A stretch of DNA of 64,000 nt. Source: an uncultured Alphaproteobacteria bacterium. Its GTDB lineage: Bacteria > Pseudomonadota > Alphaproteobacteria > HIMB59. Below, piece after piece: positions 41,579 through 50,591 of this stretch (position 1 is the stretch's first letter; every line of letters begins with the position of its first letter). Position numbers and translations under genes: made by a program. The notes under the pieces were generated by a model. It had not been told where the DNA came from, searched no databases, and saw nothing but the letters and a program-made list of their open reading frames with translations. The DNA lies in the NCBI GenBank assembly GCA_902538085.1, contig CACBDV010000001.1:43766-107765 (forward strand). The letters run 5' to 3'.

Positions 41579-42397
41579 TTATCCGAAATAAGAGGATTTT
41601 TCAATTCTAACTGAAGGATAAAATTTATTAATCTCCCTAAAAATCGACCTTTCTTTTGCGATTTTCTTGAAAGATACAAAAATTGAAGATCCACTACCAC
41701 TCATGCCAAATTTTAAGAAATCTTTCCTATAATCCAAAAGGAACATAAATAATTCTTTAAACTCTTTATTTAGCAACATGGATGAACTAGTTAAGTTATT
41801 TTGAGATATTAGTTGTTTTTTTGCTCCCATATTATGGTTTTTAAAATAATTATAAATTTTTTTAGTTAAATTTTTTTGTGAAGGAAAAATTAAGTAAACT
41901 TTCCTCCAATAATATTTTTTTGCCTTGAGGTATTTATACTGACTTAATCCATCAATTATTTTTGGATATTTATCTTTAAAAATAATTACATCTGAACCAA
42001 TTAAAGGTGCATCTTTTTCAAAGTTTTTTGAAGTAATTTGATGATATTTATATAGAAATTTTAAAATTGAGGCTGCATTTGAGGATCCGCCTCCTAATCC
42101 ATAACCAACTGGTATTTTTTTGTAAACTAAAAATTTTAATTTTGTTTTAGTTTTGTATTTTCTATCAAAAAATAGAATTGATTTTTTTATTATATCATTT
42201 TTCAATTTGATTATTTTTTTATTTTGATCGTAATAAGTAATTTGTAACTTTGTAGAATTAGATACCTTAATTAAATCATTTAATTTTAAAAGAACGACTT
42301 TAGAAGAAATCTTATGTTTTTTGATAATTTTGTCATAATATTTAATTTTTAAATCAAGATTTATTTTAGCATAGCTTGTTAATTTACTTATTTTCAT
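41579..42397 (-). CDS. ispE: 4-diphosphocytidyl-2-C-methyl-D-erythritol kinase (divergent, Lys-rich)
   Basis: AKINL, KKIPVGYGLGGGSSNAA, GSDV, MSGSGS. Confidence 0.92.
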   Translation of the reverse strand: MKISKLTSYAKINLDLKIKYYDKIIKKHKISSKVVLLKLNDLIKVSNSTKLQITYYDQNKKIIKLKNDIIKKSILFFDRKYKTKTKLKFLVYKKIPVGYGLGGGSSNAASILKFLYKYHQITSKNFEKDAPLIGSDVIIFKDKYPKIIDGLSQYKYLKAKKYYWRKVYLIFPSQKNLTKKIYNYFKNHNMGAKKQLISQNNLTSSSMLLNKEFKELFMFLLDYRKDFLKFGMSGSGSSIFVSFKKIAKERSIFREINKFYPSVRIEKSSYFG

Positions 42398-43982
42398 TTC
42401 TGCCTAAAACTTCCTCGTATTTAAAATAATCTTTATGAAATAGTATAATTTTATTATCTAAAAATTTTGATTCTTTGTATCTGCCTAATTCATAATATAT
42501 TTGAGATAAATGATCTATTATTTCTGGCTCTGAGGGTTCAAGTTGATAAGCATCATAAATCCATTTTTCTGCCAAATCTAAGTTATCTTTCTTAAAATAA
42601 AGCCATCCCAAACTATCAAGTATAGCCCCATCATTATAATTTGAGTCTTTTACTGCCTTTTGAAGCATACTTTCTGCAAGATCTAATTTTCTATCATTCT
42701 CAACCCATAAATATGCAAGATAATTTAATATGTAAGGATATGAACTTTTAGATATATCAATACTTTTTTGGATAATTTCTTCAGCTTTTTTAATTTCATT
42801 ATTTCTCTCTAACAAAATACCATATTTAAAAAGATGAATTGCATCATCAGAATTCTCTAAAATACTCATGCAACACTCGTTTATAAAATCTAAAGCACCA
42901 CTATTATCATTTAAAAAATACATTTCCATCGCAACAAGAAATGATAACTCTAGATTTATCCAATCAGTTTGATGATCGTTATTATTTATAAAATACACTA
43001 AGTCACTCATATCAGTGTCTAATTCAAATGATGTTGAGATATAAAGGTAGTTTTTAAAAAAATTAAAATTTTTGTCAGTTGGGTTAAAATTTTTAATTAA
43101 TTTTAGTATTTCTTTACTTGGATTTAATTCTGCTAAAAATGAAATTTTTTTATAAAGATAATAATCCCTATTATCTGGATTTATTTCGATTAAATAAGAT
43201 AATAAAGCAAGTGCTTTTTTATACTCACGCGCATAAAAATAATAAGTGCTAGTTTGAAATAGTTGAAGATATATTATGTCTTCATAATCCTTAACTACGT
43301 AATTTTGATCTAATTCAATAGACAAATTATTAAAAGTAGTTGATGACTGAATAAAATCTGTCAGTGGAAAATTGATGTTATGATAATTGAAAATACTGTC
43401 CATTACATTTAATTCTTTAGAATTAAAGATAGAGAGTGTTTCTATATTTGATGTTACTTCTTCATTAATTTTTTTTAAACTGTTGAGGTCTTTTTGGTGA
43501 TGATAGTAATAAATAGTATTGATATATCTTAAGTTTGTAAAGCGACTATCAATTTCATTCAAATTTTCTAAATTATTTTGAACATTGTTTTTATTACAAT
43601 AATTCATCCAAAAATTTATGCTTTTTAGTATAGCCTCTTCAAAAATATAAATTTGTTTTTTGTCAGGAATATTTAAGCATTTGTCATCACCTAGATTCTT
43701 GAGAAAAAGAATAATTTCATGAATAAATCCACTTTCAATTTCACTAATATTATCAAAAGTATAATTCCCTATAATAATATTACTTAGTAAGGTTGAAGTG
43801 TGGTCATTTGAAAAATCATAAGCTGGTAATTTTTCCCAAATTAAATAATCATTATTGTATTCAGAATAAATTGAACTTAGAAGTTGATTTTCGAAAGTAT
43901 TTTTTAATTGAGACCCATATGCATATACAATAAATCCAAAAAAACATATAAAATATAAACTAAAAGATAATTTTTTAATCAT
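42384..43982 (-). CDS. exported tetratricopeptide repeat protein
   Basis: N-terminal hydrophobic signal; LNYLAYLW, ILDSLGWLYF, PEIIDHL typical of the TPR protein upstream of ispE. Confidence 0.85.
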   Translation of the reverse strand: MIKKLSFSLYFICFFGFIVYAYGSQLKNTFENQLLSSIYSEYNNDYLIWEKLPAYDFSNDHTSTLLSNIIIGNYTFDNISEIESGFIHEIILFLKNLGDDKCLNIPDKKQIYIFEEAILKSINFWMNYCNKNNVQNNLENLNEIDSRFTNLRYINTIYYYHHQKDLNSLKKINEEVTSNIETLSIFNSKELNVMDSIFNYHNINFPLTDFIQSSTTFNNLSIELDQNYVVKDYEDIIYLQLFQTSTYYFYAREYKKALALLSYLIEINPDNRDYYLYKKISFLAELNPSKEILKLIKNFNPTDKNFNFFKNYLYISTSFELDTDMSDLVYFINNNDHQTDWINLELSFLVAMEMYFLNDNSGALDFINECCMSILENSDDAIHLFKYGILLERNNEIKKAEEIIQKSIDISKSSYPYILNYLAYLWVENDRKLDLAESMLQKAVKDSNYNDGAILDSLGWLYFKKDNLDLAEKWIYDAYQLEPSEPEIIDHLSQIYYELGRYKESKFLDNKIILFHKDYFKYEEVLGRNENK

Positions 43983-44658
43983 GAATAACCAAGACTACCA
44001 AAAAAATATTCTTTTGGAATTGATGAATCTGGAGGAATTTCAAGTAAAAAAATCTCAAAATGATTCCGATAACCAAATAAATAGAGATATTATCAATAGT
44101 CCAAGCAAAGCCACCCGTATTGATCAAATAGAAGATTTTTTAAAAAATGAATTATTAAAGTTCAATATTAATCAACCAATCAATTTAGTAGAAGGTGATA
44201 AAAATTCGAAGATTTTATTTTTTTACGGTAAATGCGATATTACTGATGAAAAGATAATAGATAAAGCAAATGGTGAGTTATTCGATAAAATGCTTTCCTC
44301 CATAAAATTAGATAGGAAACAAATAAGCTTAGTATCTTATATACCAAGGGGACTCAGTGAGTTTGATAATAAACACAAAATGAATTCAATTTTACAACTT
44401 ATTAATTATCGGTTAATTGAATTGATTAACCCAAAATATCTAATAATTATGTCAAATTATTGCATCAAAATGTTATTGGCTGCAGACTTGTCTTCCATGT
44501 CTCTTCGTGGAAAGTGGTTTGATTTCAACACCCCGAATGACGTAGTACCCAAAAAATGCCGTGTGCTTTATGAGCCATCTTTATTAATAAACAATCCAGA
44601 ACTTAAGAAAGATGCTTGGGAAGATTTAAAGGAAATTAAAAAGCAGCTTGGTGGATAG
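43981..44658 (+). CDS. family-4 uracil-DNA glycosylase homolog with degenerate catalytic motifs
   Basis: GELFDKMLSSI, IELINPK, LRGKW, LLINNPELKKDAWEDL match the family; UDG-SLT-moaB synteny; GEAPG and HP motifs absent. Confidence 0.75.
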   Translation: MNNQDYQKNILLELMNLEEFQVKKSQNDSDNQINRDIINSPSKATRIDQIEDFLKNELLKFNINQPINLVEGDKNSKILFFYGKCDITDEKIIDKANGELFDKMLSSIKLDRKQISLVSYIPRGLSEFDNKHKMNSILQLINYRLIELINPKYLIIMSNYCIKMLLAADLSSMSLRGKWFDFNTPNDVVPKKCRVLYEPSLLINNPELKKDAWEDLKEIKKQLGG

Positions 44659-46342
44659 AATGAGAATTATCGTTTTATTAATTGTAACGTTTTTTTACTC
44701 ACAGAGTATCTTTGCCCTTAGCTCTAATGATATTGGCCTTTATAAAAGTATTTTTAATGATTACAGAAATGGAAATTTTGATAAAGGTGATAAAGATATA
44801 GCAAAACTAGATGATTTAATTCTTTTGGGTCATGTACAAGCTTTAAAACTTCTTCATCCAACAGCACATCGCTCTAGTTTTTTAGAGCTCCGAGATTGGT
44901 TGAGTGAATATAGTGATCATTACGAAGCTAGAAGGATTTATAAATTGGGAGTAAGAAGAATGCCGGATGGAGCAAAAAAACCAAAAAAAAATTCATACCC
45001 ACTTTTTGATGAGATCTTTCAAAAAGATAAGTCACAAGAAACTGTCTCCACTAAATCAAATAAAATATTTTCAAATAAAAATTACTCAAAAAAAATTAGT
45101 ATTTATAATACTGTAAGATCAAGAGTTGGAAGAGGATGGCCTACTGGAGCATTAGAGTATTTAAACCACCACATAAAATATTTTAATCAAAAAGAAAAAT
45201 CTTTTCTACTTTCCAAAATTGCCAATGGCTACTACCTTGCAGATTTAGATGATAAGGCGATAAATGTTTTAAATAATGAAGCTTTCTTGAGTCAACCATA
45301 CGATGAGGGCTTATGGATTAAAGGTCTTTCATATTATAGAAATGGGAAATACCAAAAAGCCTCGAGACAATTTTTAATACTCTCAAAAATTTCAGATAAC
45401 AAATGGTTAAGGGATGCTGGTGCTTATTGGTCATTTTTATCCTCAACAAAAGACGCTAATGATGAAATTACTTTCAAAGCATCTTTAGAAGCTCTAAATA
45501 AATCTTGCAAACCAAGTTTTAATATATACTCAATTTTATCTTGTAGAATTTTAGATAAAACCATTCAAGACTTTGAATTTAATACCTCATTAATGAGCTC
45601 AGATCTTGAGTCATTTTTAAATACCAAATTAGGTGAGAGAATTCAGGCCTTAATTGAAATCGATGAACTTCCAATTGCAGAGATAGAATTAAATAGACTT
45701 CAAAACATTACAAATGAAAGATTTAAAAGACTAATCCTAAATTTTTCTATTAAAAATGATCTGAGTTCCTTGCAAATTAAAACAGCAAAATACTTGTTTA
45801 AAGATGACGCCCCGATAGATTTTTTATATCCAACACCAAAATGGATCCAAGATTATAATTTCAATAATATTGACCCAACTATTATTATTAGCATGATTAG
45901 ACAAGAGTCGCAGTTTAGTGCTTTTGCAAAAAGTGGTAAAAGTGCATATGGATTGATGCAAATTCTTCCATCAACTGCTCGTATGGTAAATAAGAAACAT
46001 AAATTTAAGTCTAATCCAAGAATATTATATGATCCTGAAATTAATGTTGAAACAGGTAGCCTCTACCTTCAAAATTTATTATCTATAAATTATATCAATG
46101 GAGATTTGCTGAAGGCTTTAATCTCATATAATGCAGGGCCAGGAAATCTTTCAAAATGGATGAAAAAAACTACATTTAATGATGATAGTTTTCTTTTAAT
46201 TGAGTCTATACCATCAAGAGAAACAAGAATGTTTGTTGAGAGAGTTCTAACTAATCTTGTTATTTATGAATTAATAAATCATAATTCATTCAATTATGCT
46301 GATGAACTCATAGCCACTAATACTATCTTGATTAATGATTGA
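44648..46342 (+). CDS. soluble lytic murein transglycosylase (Slt-like)
   Basis: RQESQF, GLMQI, SYNAGPG, ETRMFV; N-terminal signal peptide; start likely the internal Met (MRII). Confidence 0.92.
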   Translation: MVDRMRIIVLLIVTFFYSQSIFALSSNDIGLYKSIFNDYRNGNFDKGDKDIAKLDDLILLGHVQALKLLHPTAHRSSFLELRDWLSEYSDHYEARRIYKLGVRRMPDGAKKPKKNSYPLFDEIFQKDKSQETVSTKSNKIFSNKNYSKKISIYNTVRSRVGRGWPTGALEYLNHHIKYFNQKEKSFLLSKIANGYYLADLDDKAINVLNNEAFLSQPYDEGLWIKGLSYYRNGKYQKASRQFLILSKISDNKWLRDAGAYWSFLSSTKDANDEITFKASLEALNKSCKPSFNIYSILSCRILDKTIQDFEFNTSLMSSDLESFLNTKLGERIQALIEIDELPIAEIELNRLQNITNERFKRLILNFSIKNDLSSLQIKTAKYLFKDDAPIDFLYPTPKWIQDYNFNNIDPTIIISMIRQESQFSAFAKSGKSAYGLMQILPSTARMVNKKHKFKSNPRILYDPEINVETGSLYLQNLLSINYINGDLLKALISYNAGPGNLSKWMKKTTFNDDSFLLIESIPSRETRMFVERVLTNLVIYELINHNSFNYADELIATNTILIND

Positions 46343-46856
46343 TGAAAAAATAACATTTAAACAAATAAATATTGCTGTAATCACTTTGTCGGATACAAGA
46401 AAAGAAAGTGATGATAAATCAGGTAATACATTAAAAGAACTTATACAAAAAAAAGGACATTCTGTTTCCCATTATCAGATTATTGAAGATGAACCTAAAC
46501 TCTTTATTCCTATTATTCAGAAATTAACAGCATCTGTCGAACACGATGTAATAATCACTTCAGGTGGGACTGGTCTGACGGGAAGAGATAATACTATTGA
46601 TGCCTTAAAAAAAATATCTCAAGTTGAAATTCCAGGATTTGGAGAATTGTTTAGACAATTAAGCTATAAAAAAATTGGAACCTCAACTATACAATCTCGA
46701 GCGAGTGCATTTTTATTAAATCAAACTTACATCTTTTGTTTACCTGGATCTACTTCTGCTGTTAGAGATGCTTGGAATGATATTCTTTTTCATCAATTAG
46801 ACATAAGACACAAGCCATGTAATTTTGTCGAACTAATACCTAGACTTGATGAGTGA
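46335..46856 (+). CDS. moaB: molybdenum cofactor biosynthesis protein B
   Basis: TLSDTR, DKSG, GGTGLTGRD, PGFGELFR, QSRA, LPGS. Confidence 0.95.
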   Translation: MIDEKITFKQINIAVITLSDTRKESDDKSGNTLKELIQKKGHSVSHYQIIEDEPKLFIPIIQKLTASVEHDVIITSGGTGLTGRDNTIDALKKISQVEIPGFGELFRQLSYKKIGTSTIQSRASAFLLNQTYIFCLPGSTSAVRDAWNDILFHQLDIRHKPCNFVELIPRLDE

Positions 46857-47451
46857 ATATGTTGTTGGAGTCGACGAGGTTGGCAGAGGATCTCTTGTTG
46901 GAAGTGCAATAATTTGTGCTTTCAGATCACAAAATTCCTTATTTGATAAACTTCCATTTAGTGTCTCTGATTCAAAAAAAATAAATAAAAAAAAAAGAGA
47001 GGAAATATATGAATATTTTAGATTAAATAAAGGTTTCGAATATAATTATCAAATTATTTTTGGAAAAAAAAAATTTATTGAAAGATTTAATATTCACAAT
47101 GTAGTTTTGCAAAGCATGAAACAATCGATAATTTTGTTGTCAAAAAAGTCAGATACGATCATCATAGATGGAAAATTTATTCCAAGCGAAATGAAAGGTT
47201 ATAAGGTGAAGTCTTTAATTAAAGCAGATGATAAAATTAATCAGGTGTCAGCAGCTTCAATTATAGCAAAAGTCTTCAGAGACAAATTACTTCTGAAACT
47301 CCACTCATTTGATGGTAATTATCAATGGAATAAAAATGCTGGGTACGGTACAAAGTCTCACTTAAGCGCTATTTATACACACGGGGTCAGCAAATATCAC
47401 AGGACCACTTATCAACCTATAAGTAAACTTATCAAAAAGTTATCTACTTAG
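46846..47451 (+). CDS. rnhB: ribonuclease HII
   Basis: GVDEVGRG, DSKK, IDG, AASIIAKVFRD, GYGTKSH. Confidence 0.95.
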   Translation: MMSEYVVGVDEVGRGSLVGSAIICAFRSQNSLFDKLPFSVSDSKKINKKKREEIYEYFRLNKGFEYNYQIIFGKKKFIERFNIHNVVLQSMKQSIILLSKKSDTIIIDGKFIPSEMKGYKVKSLIKADDKINQVSAASIIAKVFRDKLLLKLHSFDGNYQWNKNAGYGTKSHLSAIYTHGVSKYHRTTYQPISKLIKKLST

Positions 47452-47484
47452 TTATCAACAGTAGAGTATGTTTTTTTTACACAA

Positions 47485-47508
47485 GATTCTTTATAAATAT
47501 TAAGATTC
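47485..47508 (+). promoter_or_regulatory. two GATTC (CcrM-type) sites in the ccrM leader
   Basis: GATTC at 47485-47489 and 47504-47508, both in AAGATTC context, within 28 bp of the GTG start. Confidence 0.6.
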
Positions 47509-47512
47509 ATAC

Positions 47513-48577
47513 GTGTTGAAATCAAATAACCTATATTTAGGTGATTGTCTTGATCTATTAGCTAAAATTGAAGATCAGACAATTGATTTAATTTTCTTAG
47601 ACCCTCCTTATAATTTACAATTAAACAAAGTTTTAACTAGACCAAATCATTCCATTGTCAATGGTGTCAAACAGGATTGGGATAAATTTGATAGTTACTC
47701 GAGTTATGATGATTTTACCTATTCTTATTTAACTGAATGTAAAAGAGTTCTTAAACCTGATGGGGGATTATGGATTATTGGTTCGTATCATAATATTTTT
47801 AGAATTGGAAAAATTCTCCAAGATTTAAACTTTTGGATTTTAAATGATGTGATTTGGGCCAAATCTAACCCGTTACCAAATTTTAGGGCAACTAGACTTA
47901 CTAATGCGCATGAAACTCTTATTTGGTGTTCAAAAAAACCTAAATCTAAGTATCAATTTAATTATCATACTTTAAAGGTTGCAAATGAAGACAGACAAGA
48001 GAGAAGTATTTGGAACTTCCCAATTTGTTCAGGTAAAGAAAGGCTGAAAAACAATAAAAACCAAACAGCTCACCCAACTCAAAAACCCTTAGCTTTGATG
48101 AAAAAAATTATTATTCAGTCATCGATACAAGGAGATCTAGTACTAGAACCTTTTGCAGGCACAGCAAGTTTCTGTGCTGAAGCAAAATATTTGGGTAGAA
48201 ATTACATAGGTTTTGAAAAAGATGATGGTTATTTTAATTTAGCAATTAAAAGATTAAAAAAAATTAAATCTTTAAAAAATGATTTATTAGAGATTAATGA
48301 AAAAGATAAACCTATACAAAAAATACCCTTTGCAAGTTTAATTGACAATGGGCATTTAAAGCCAGGTGCTAAACTATATAACAATAAGAAAAGCTATAAA
48401 GCTACAATTTTACCAGATGGAAGTATTTCATATAAAAATGAGAGAGGATCAATTCATAAAATTGCTGCAAAAGTAAATAAGACATCGAGTTTCAATGGAT
48501 GGGATTATTGGCATTATGAGGATAAAAAAAAGAATTTAATATGTATCGATGAAATTAGAAAAAAGATGAGGAGTTAA
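47513..48577 (+). CDS. ccrM: cell-cycle-regulated adenine DNA methyltransferase (beta class, CcrM family)
   Basis: DPPYNLQL, IGSYHNIFR, NAHETLIW, HPTQKP, C-terminal GSIHKI...NGWDYW domain; rnhB-ccrM-mutY synteny; no cognate endonuclease. Confidence 0.95.
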   Translation: MLKSNNLYLGDCLDLLAKIEDQTIDLIFLDPPYNLQLNKVLTRPNHSIVNGVKQDWDKFDSYSSYDDFTYSYLTECKRVLKPDGGLWIIGSYHNIFRIGKILQDLNFWILNDVIWAKSNPLPNFRATRLTNAHETLIWCSKKPKSKYQFNYHTLKVANEDRQERSIWNFPICSGKERLKNNKNQTAHPTQKPLALMKKIIIQSSIQGDLVLEPFAGTASFCAEAKYLGRNYIGFEKDDGYFNLAIKRLKKIKSLKNDLLEINEKDKPIQKIPFASLIDNGHLKPGAKLYNNKKSYKATILPDGSISYKNERGSIHKIAAKVNKTSSFNGWDYWHYEDKKKNLICIDEIRKKMRS

Positions 48578-49572
48578 TTTAATATTCTTTTAAAGAGTGT
48601 TGGTAATGCAAGCTGGTTAGTTTTTGATTTTTCTATCCATACTGAATTGTTAATTTTTAATTTTTTCAGATTAAGTTTATAAACATTTATTTGGAAGAGA
48701 TTATTTGTAATTGTAAATTTAAAACTTTTGATTTTTTCTTTATTTTTTAAATTTAAATTTGCTATAAATTCTTTGTCCAAATTTGAGGGCAAATGGATAA
48801 AGTTTTTGTAAAATTGAAATTTTGGTTTTTTTATAAAACAAATATGTAAAGGAGAGTTTATTAAATAGAAATCTATTTCCTTATTATTTTTTTTTACATT
48901 TTTATTATTTTTAAATGATTGGAAAGCTGATTTACAAAAACTAGAAAATATGCATTTGGAGCATTCGGGGCTATTTTTTTTGCAAATAATAGAGCTATAA
49001 TCCATCATCGACTCAGCTAAACTCCTATAAGAAATCTTTTTTTTACAAGCTAAACTAATTATTTCTTCGATCTCATCATCATTGAGTTTGAAACCAGATA
49101 GTCTCTGTATTAATCTTTTAACATTGATATCAACTGGGAATGATTTTTTATTATGGCCGATAGCTAATATCGCGCTTGAAGTATATTTCCCAACACCAGG
49201 CAAAGAGATAAGACTATCTCTATCGTCTGGTAATTTACCATTATAGCTATTGTTAATAATTGTTACTGCTTTGAATAAATTCTCTGCCCTCTTGTAATAA
49301 CCTAATCCTGACCAAACTTTTAATAAATGTTCTAATCTTTTATTCTTAAAGGAATTAAAACTTGGAAAAATATTTATAATTTCTAATATTTTATTTTCTA
49401 CTGTTTTAACAGTTGTTTGTTGTAGCATAATTTCTGATAAATAAGTTAAGTATAAATTTCTATTCCTTCTCCAATATAAGTTTCTTTGATTTTTTTTAAA
49501 CCAATGTAGGATTAAAGGGATAAATTTGTTTTTATGAAAAAGTTCTCCAAGCTCAATGATATTGCTTTTCAT
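48574..49572 (-). CDS. mutY: A/G-specific adenine glycosylase
   Basis: SEIMLQQT, WSGLGYY, LPGVGKYT HhH, VDINV, C-x6-C-x2-C-x5-C Fe-S motif. Confidence 0.92.
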   Translation of the reverse strand: MKSNIIELGELFHKNKFIPLILHWFKKNQRNLYWRRNRNLYLTYLSEIMLQQTTVKTVENKILEIINIFPSFNSFKNKRLEHLLKVWSGLGYYKRAENLFKAVTIINNSYNGKLPDDRDSLISLPGVGKYTSSAILAIGHNKKSFPVDINVKRLIQRLSGFKLNDDEIEEIISLACKKKISYRSLAESMMDYSSIICKKNSPECSKCIFSSFCKSAFQSFKNNKNVKKNNKEIDFYLINSPLHICFIKKPKFQFYKNFIHLPSNLDKEFIANLNLKNKEKIKSFKFTITNNLFQINVYKLNLKKLKINNSVWIEKSKTNQLALPTLFKRILN

Positions 49573-49986
49573 CTTGTAAATAAGGTAAATAAAAAAAAGC
49601 TAAAAATAAATACTCTTATTCTAAAAAACTGGGAGTATATTTTTGGCAATAACAATAAATTTGTTCAATTAAAAAAAACTATAATAAATAATAAAACAGA
49701 ATCTGTAATTCTTGAATTAAGAGTTAGCCCAGAAAAATCTTTCGAAATGCATTCAAGTACAAATGAAATAGTTATAAAAATTGAGGAAGTAACTGGAGTG
49801 AAAGTAAATAAAATCCTATTTTTTCAAGATCTTTCTGATAAGAATTTAGAAAATAGTAATATTTCAAATTTATCAATGAAAGCAGAAGGAAAAACTCTTA
49901 ATAATCAAAAATTTAATGATATAAAAGACGAAGAAGTAAGATCTATTTTTGAAAATATTAATAAAAAGTTATATGAAAAAAATTAG
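49534..49986 (+). CDS. dciA: DciA/DUF721 family protein
   Basis: NWEYIFG resembles the W-x-x-I-x-G family motif; mutY-DUF721-dsbA-smc synteny. Confidence 0.6.
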   Translation: MKKFSKLNDIAFHLVNKVNKKKLKINTLILKNWEYIFGNNNKFVQLKKTIINNKTESVILELRVSPEKSFEMHSSTNEIVIKIEEVTGVKVNKILFFQDLSDKNLENSNISNLSMKAEGKTLNNQKFNDIKDEEVRSIFENINKKLYEKN

Positions 49987-50590
49987 TCTGATATTTTTTT
50001 TGGTTGCACTATCAGCAAATCCTGCAATATCAAAAATTTATGAATACAATAACTATTTAGAGGACAACAACATTCAACCTCTTGTTAAATCGTCTGAAGA
50101 AAATTCAGTTGATATTATTGAGTTTTCATCATTCAGTTGCTCACACTGTGCTGCATTTCACAATGAAACGCTTAAAGAATTAAAAGAAAGTAGCGTTTAT
50201 AAAAATATTAATTTTTACTTAATTGATTTTCCTTTAAATCAAGCTGCTTTTTATGGAGCTATTATTGCAAATTGTAGTGAAAATGTTCGCACAAGCTATG
50301 TTGACTCTGTCTATGAAAACTATGATGTTTGGACAAAAGCAAGTTCTGGAGAAGAAATTATTGAATTACTTAATAGCTACGGATTGCAACATGGTCTTGG
50401 GGATGAAGAGTTACAATCTTGCTTAAATGATGAGAATTCTCATAATGAACTTTTATCCCTTCAAGTTGATGCTCAAAACATTTTTGGTGTTGAGAGCACG
50501 CCAACATTTTTAATTAATGGTGAGAAAGTTCAGGGTAATCGACCTGCATCAGAATTTATAAAAATAATAAATAAAAAATTGAATAATTAA
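49949..50590 (+). CDS. DsbA family thiol-disulfide oxidoreductase
   Basis: CSHC, DFPL, STPTF; signal peptide from internal Met (MKKISL). Confidence 0.9.
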   Translation: MKILIKSYMKKISLIFFLVALSANPAISKIYEYNNYLEDNNIQPLVKSSEENSVDIIEFSSFSCSHCAAFHNETLKELKESSVYKNINFYLIDFPLNQAAFYGAIIANCSENVRTSYVDSVYENYDVWTKASSGEEIIELLNSYGLQHGLGDEELQSCLNDENSHNELLSLQVDAQNIFGVESTPTFLINGEKVQGNRPASEFIKIINKKLNN

Positions 50591-50591
50591 T

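Noticed and set aside
47452-47512. CtrA box upstream of ccrM
   Set aside because: No exact TTAA-N7-TTAA; partial matches are uninformative at this AT content
47513-48577. Methyltransferase as part of a restriction-modification system
   Set aside because: No adjacent endonuclease; sequence and synteny fit orphan CcrM
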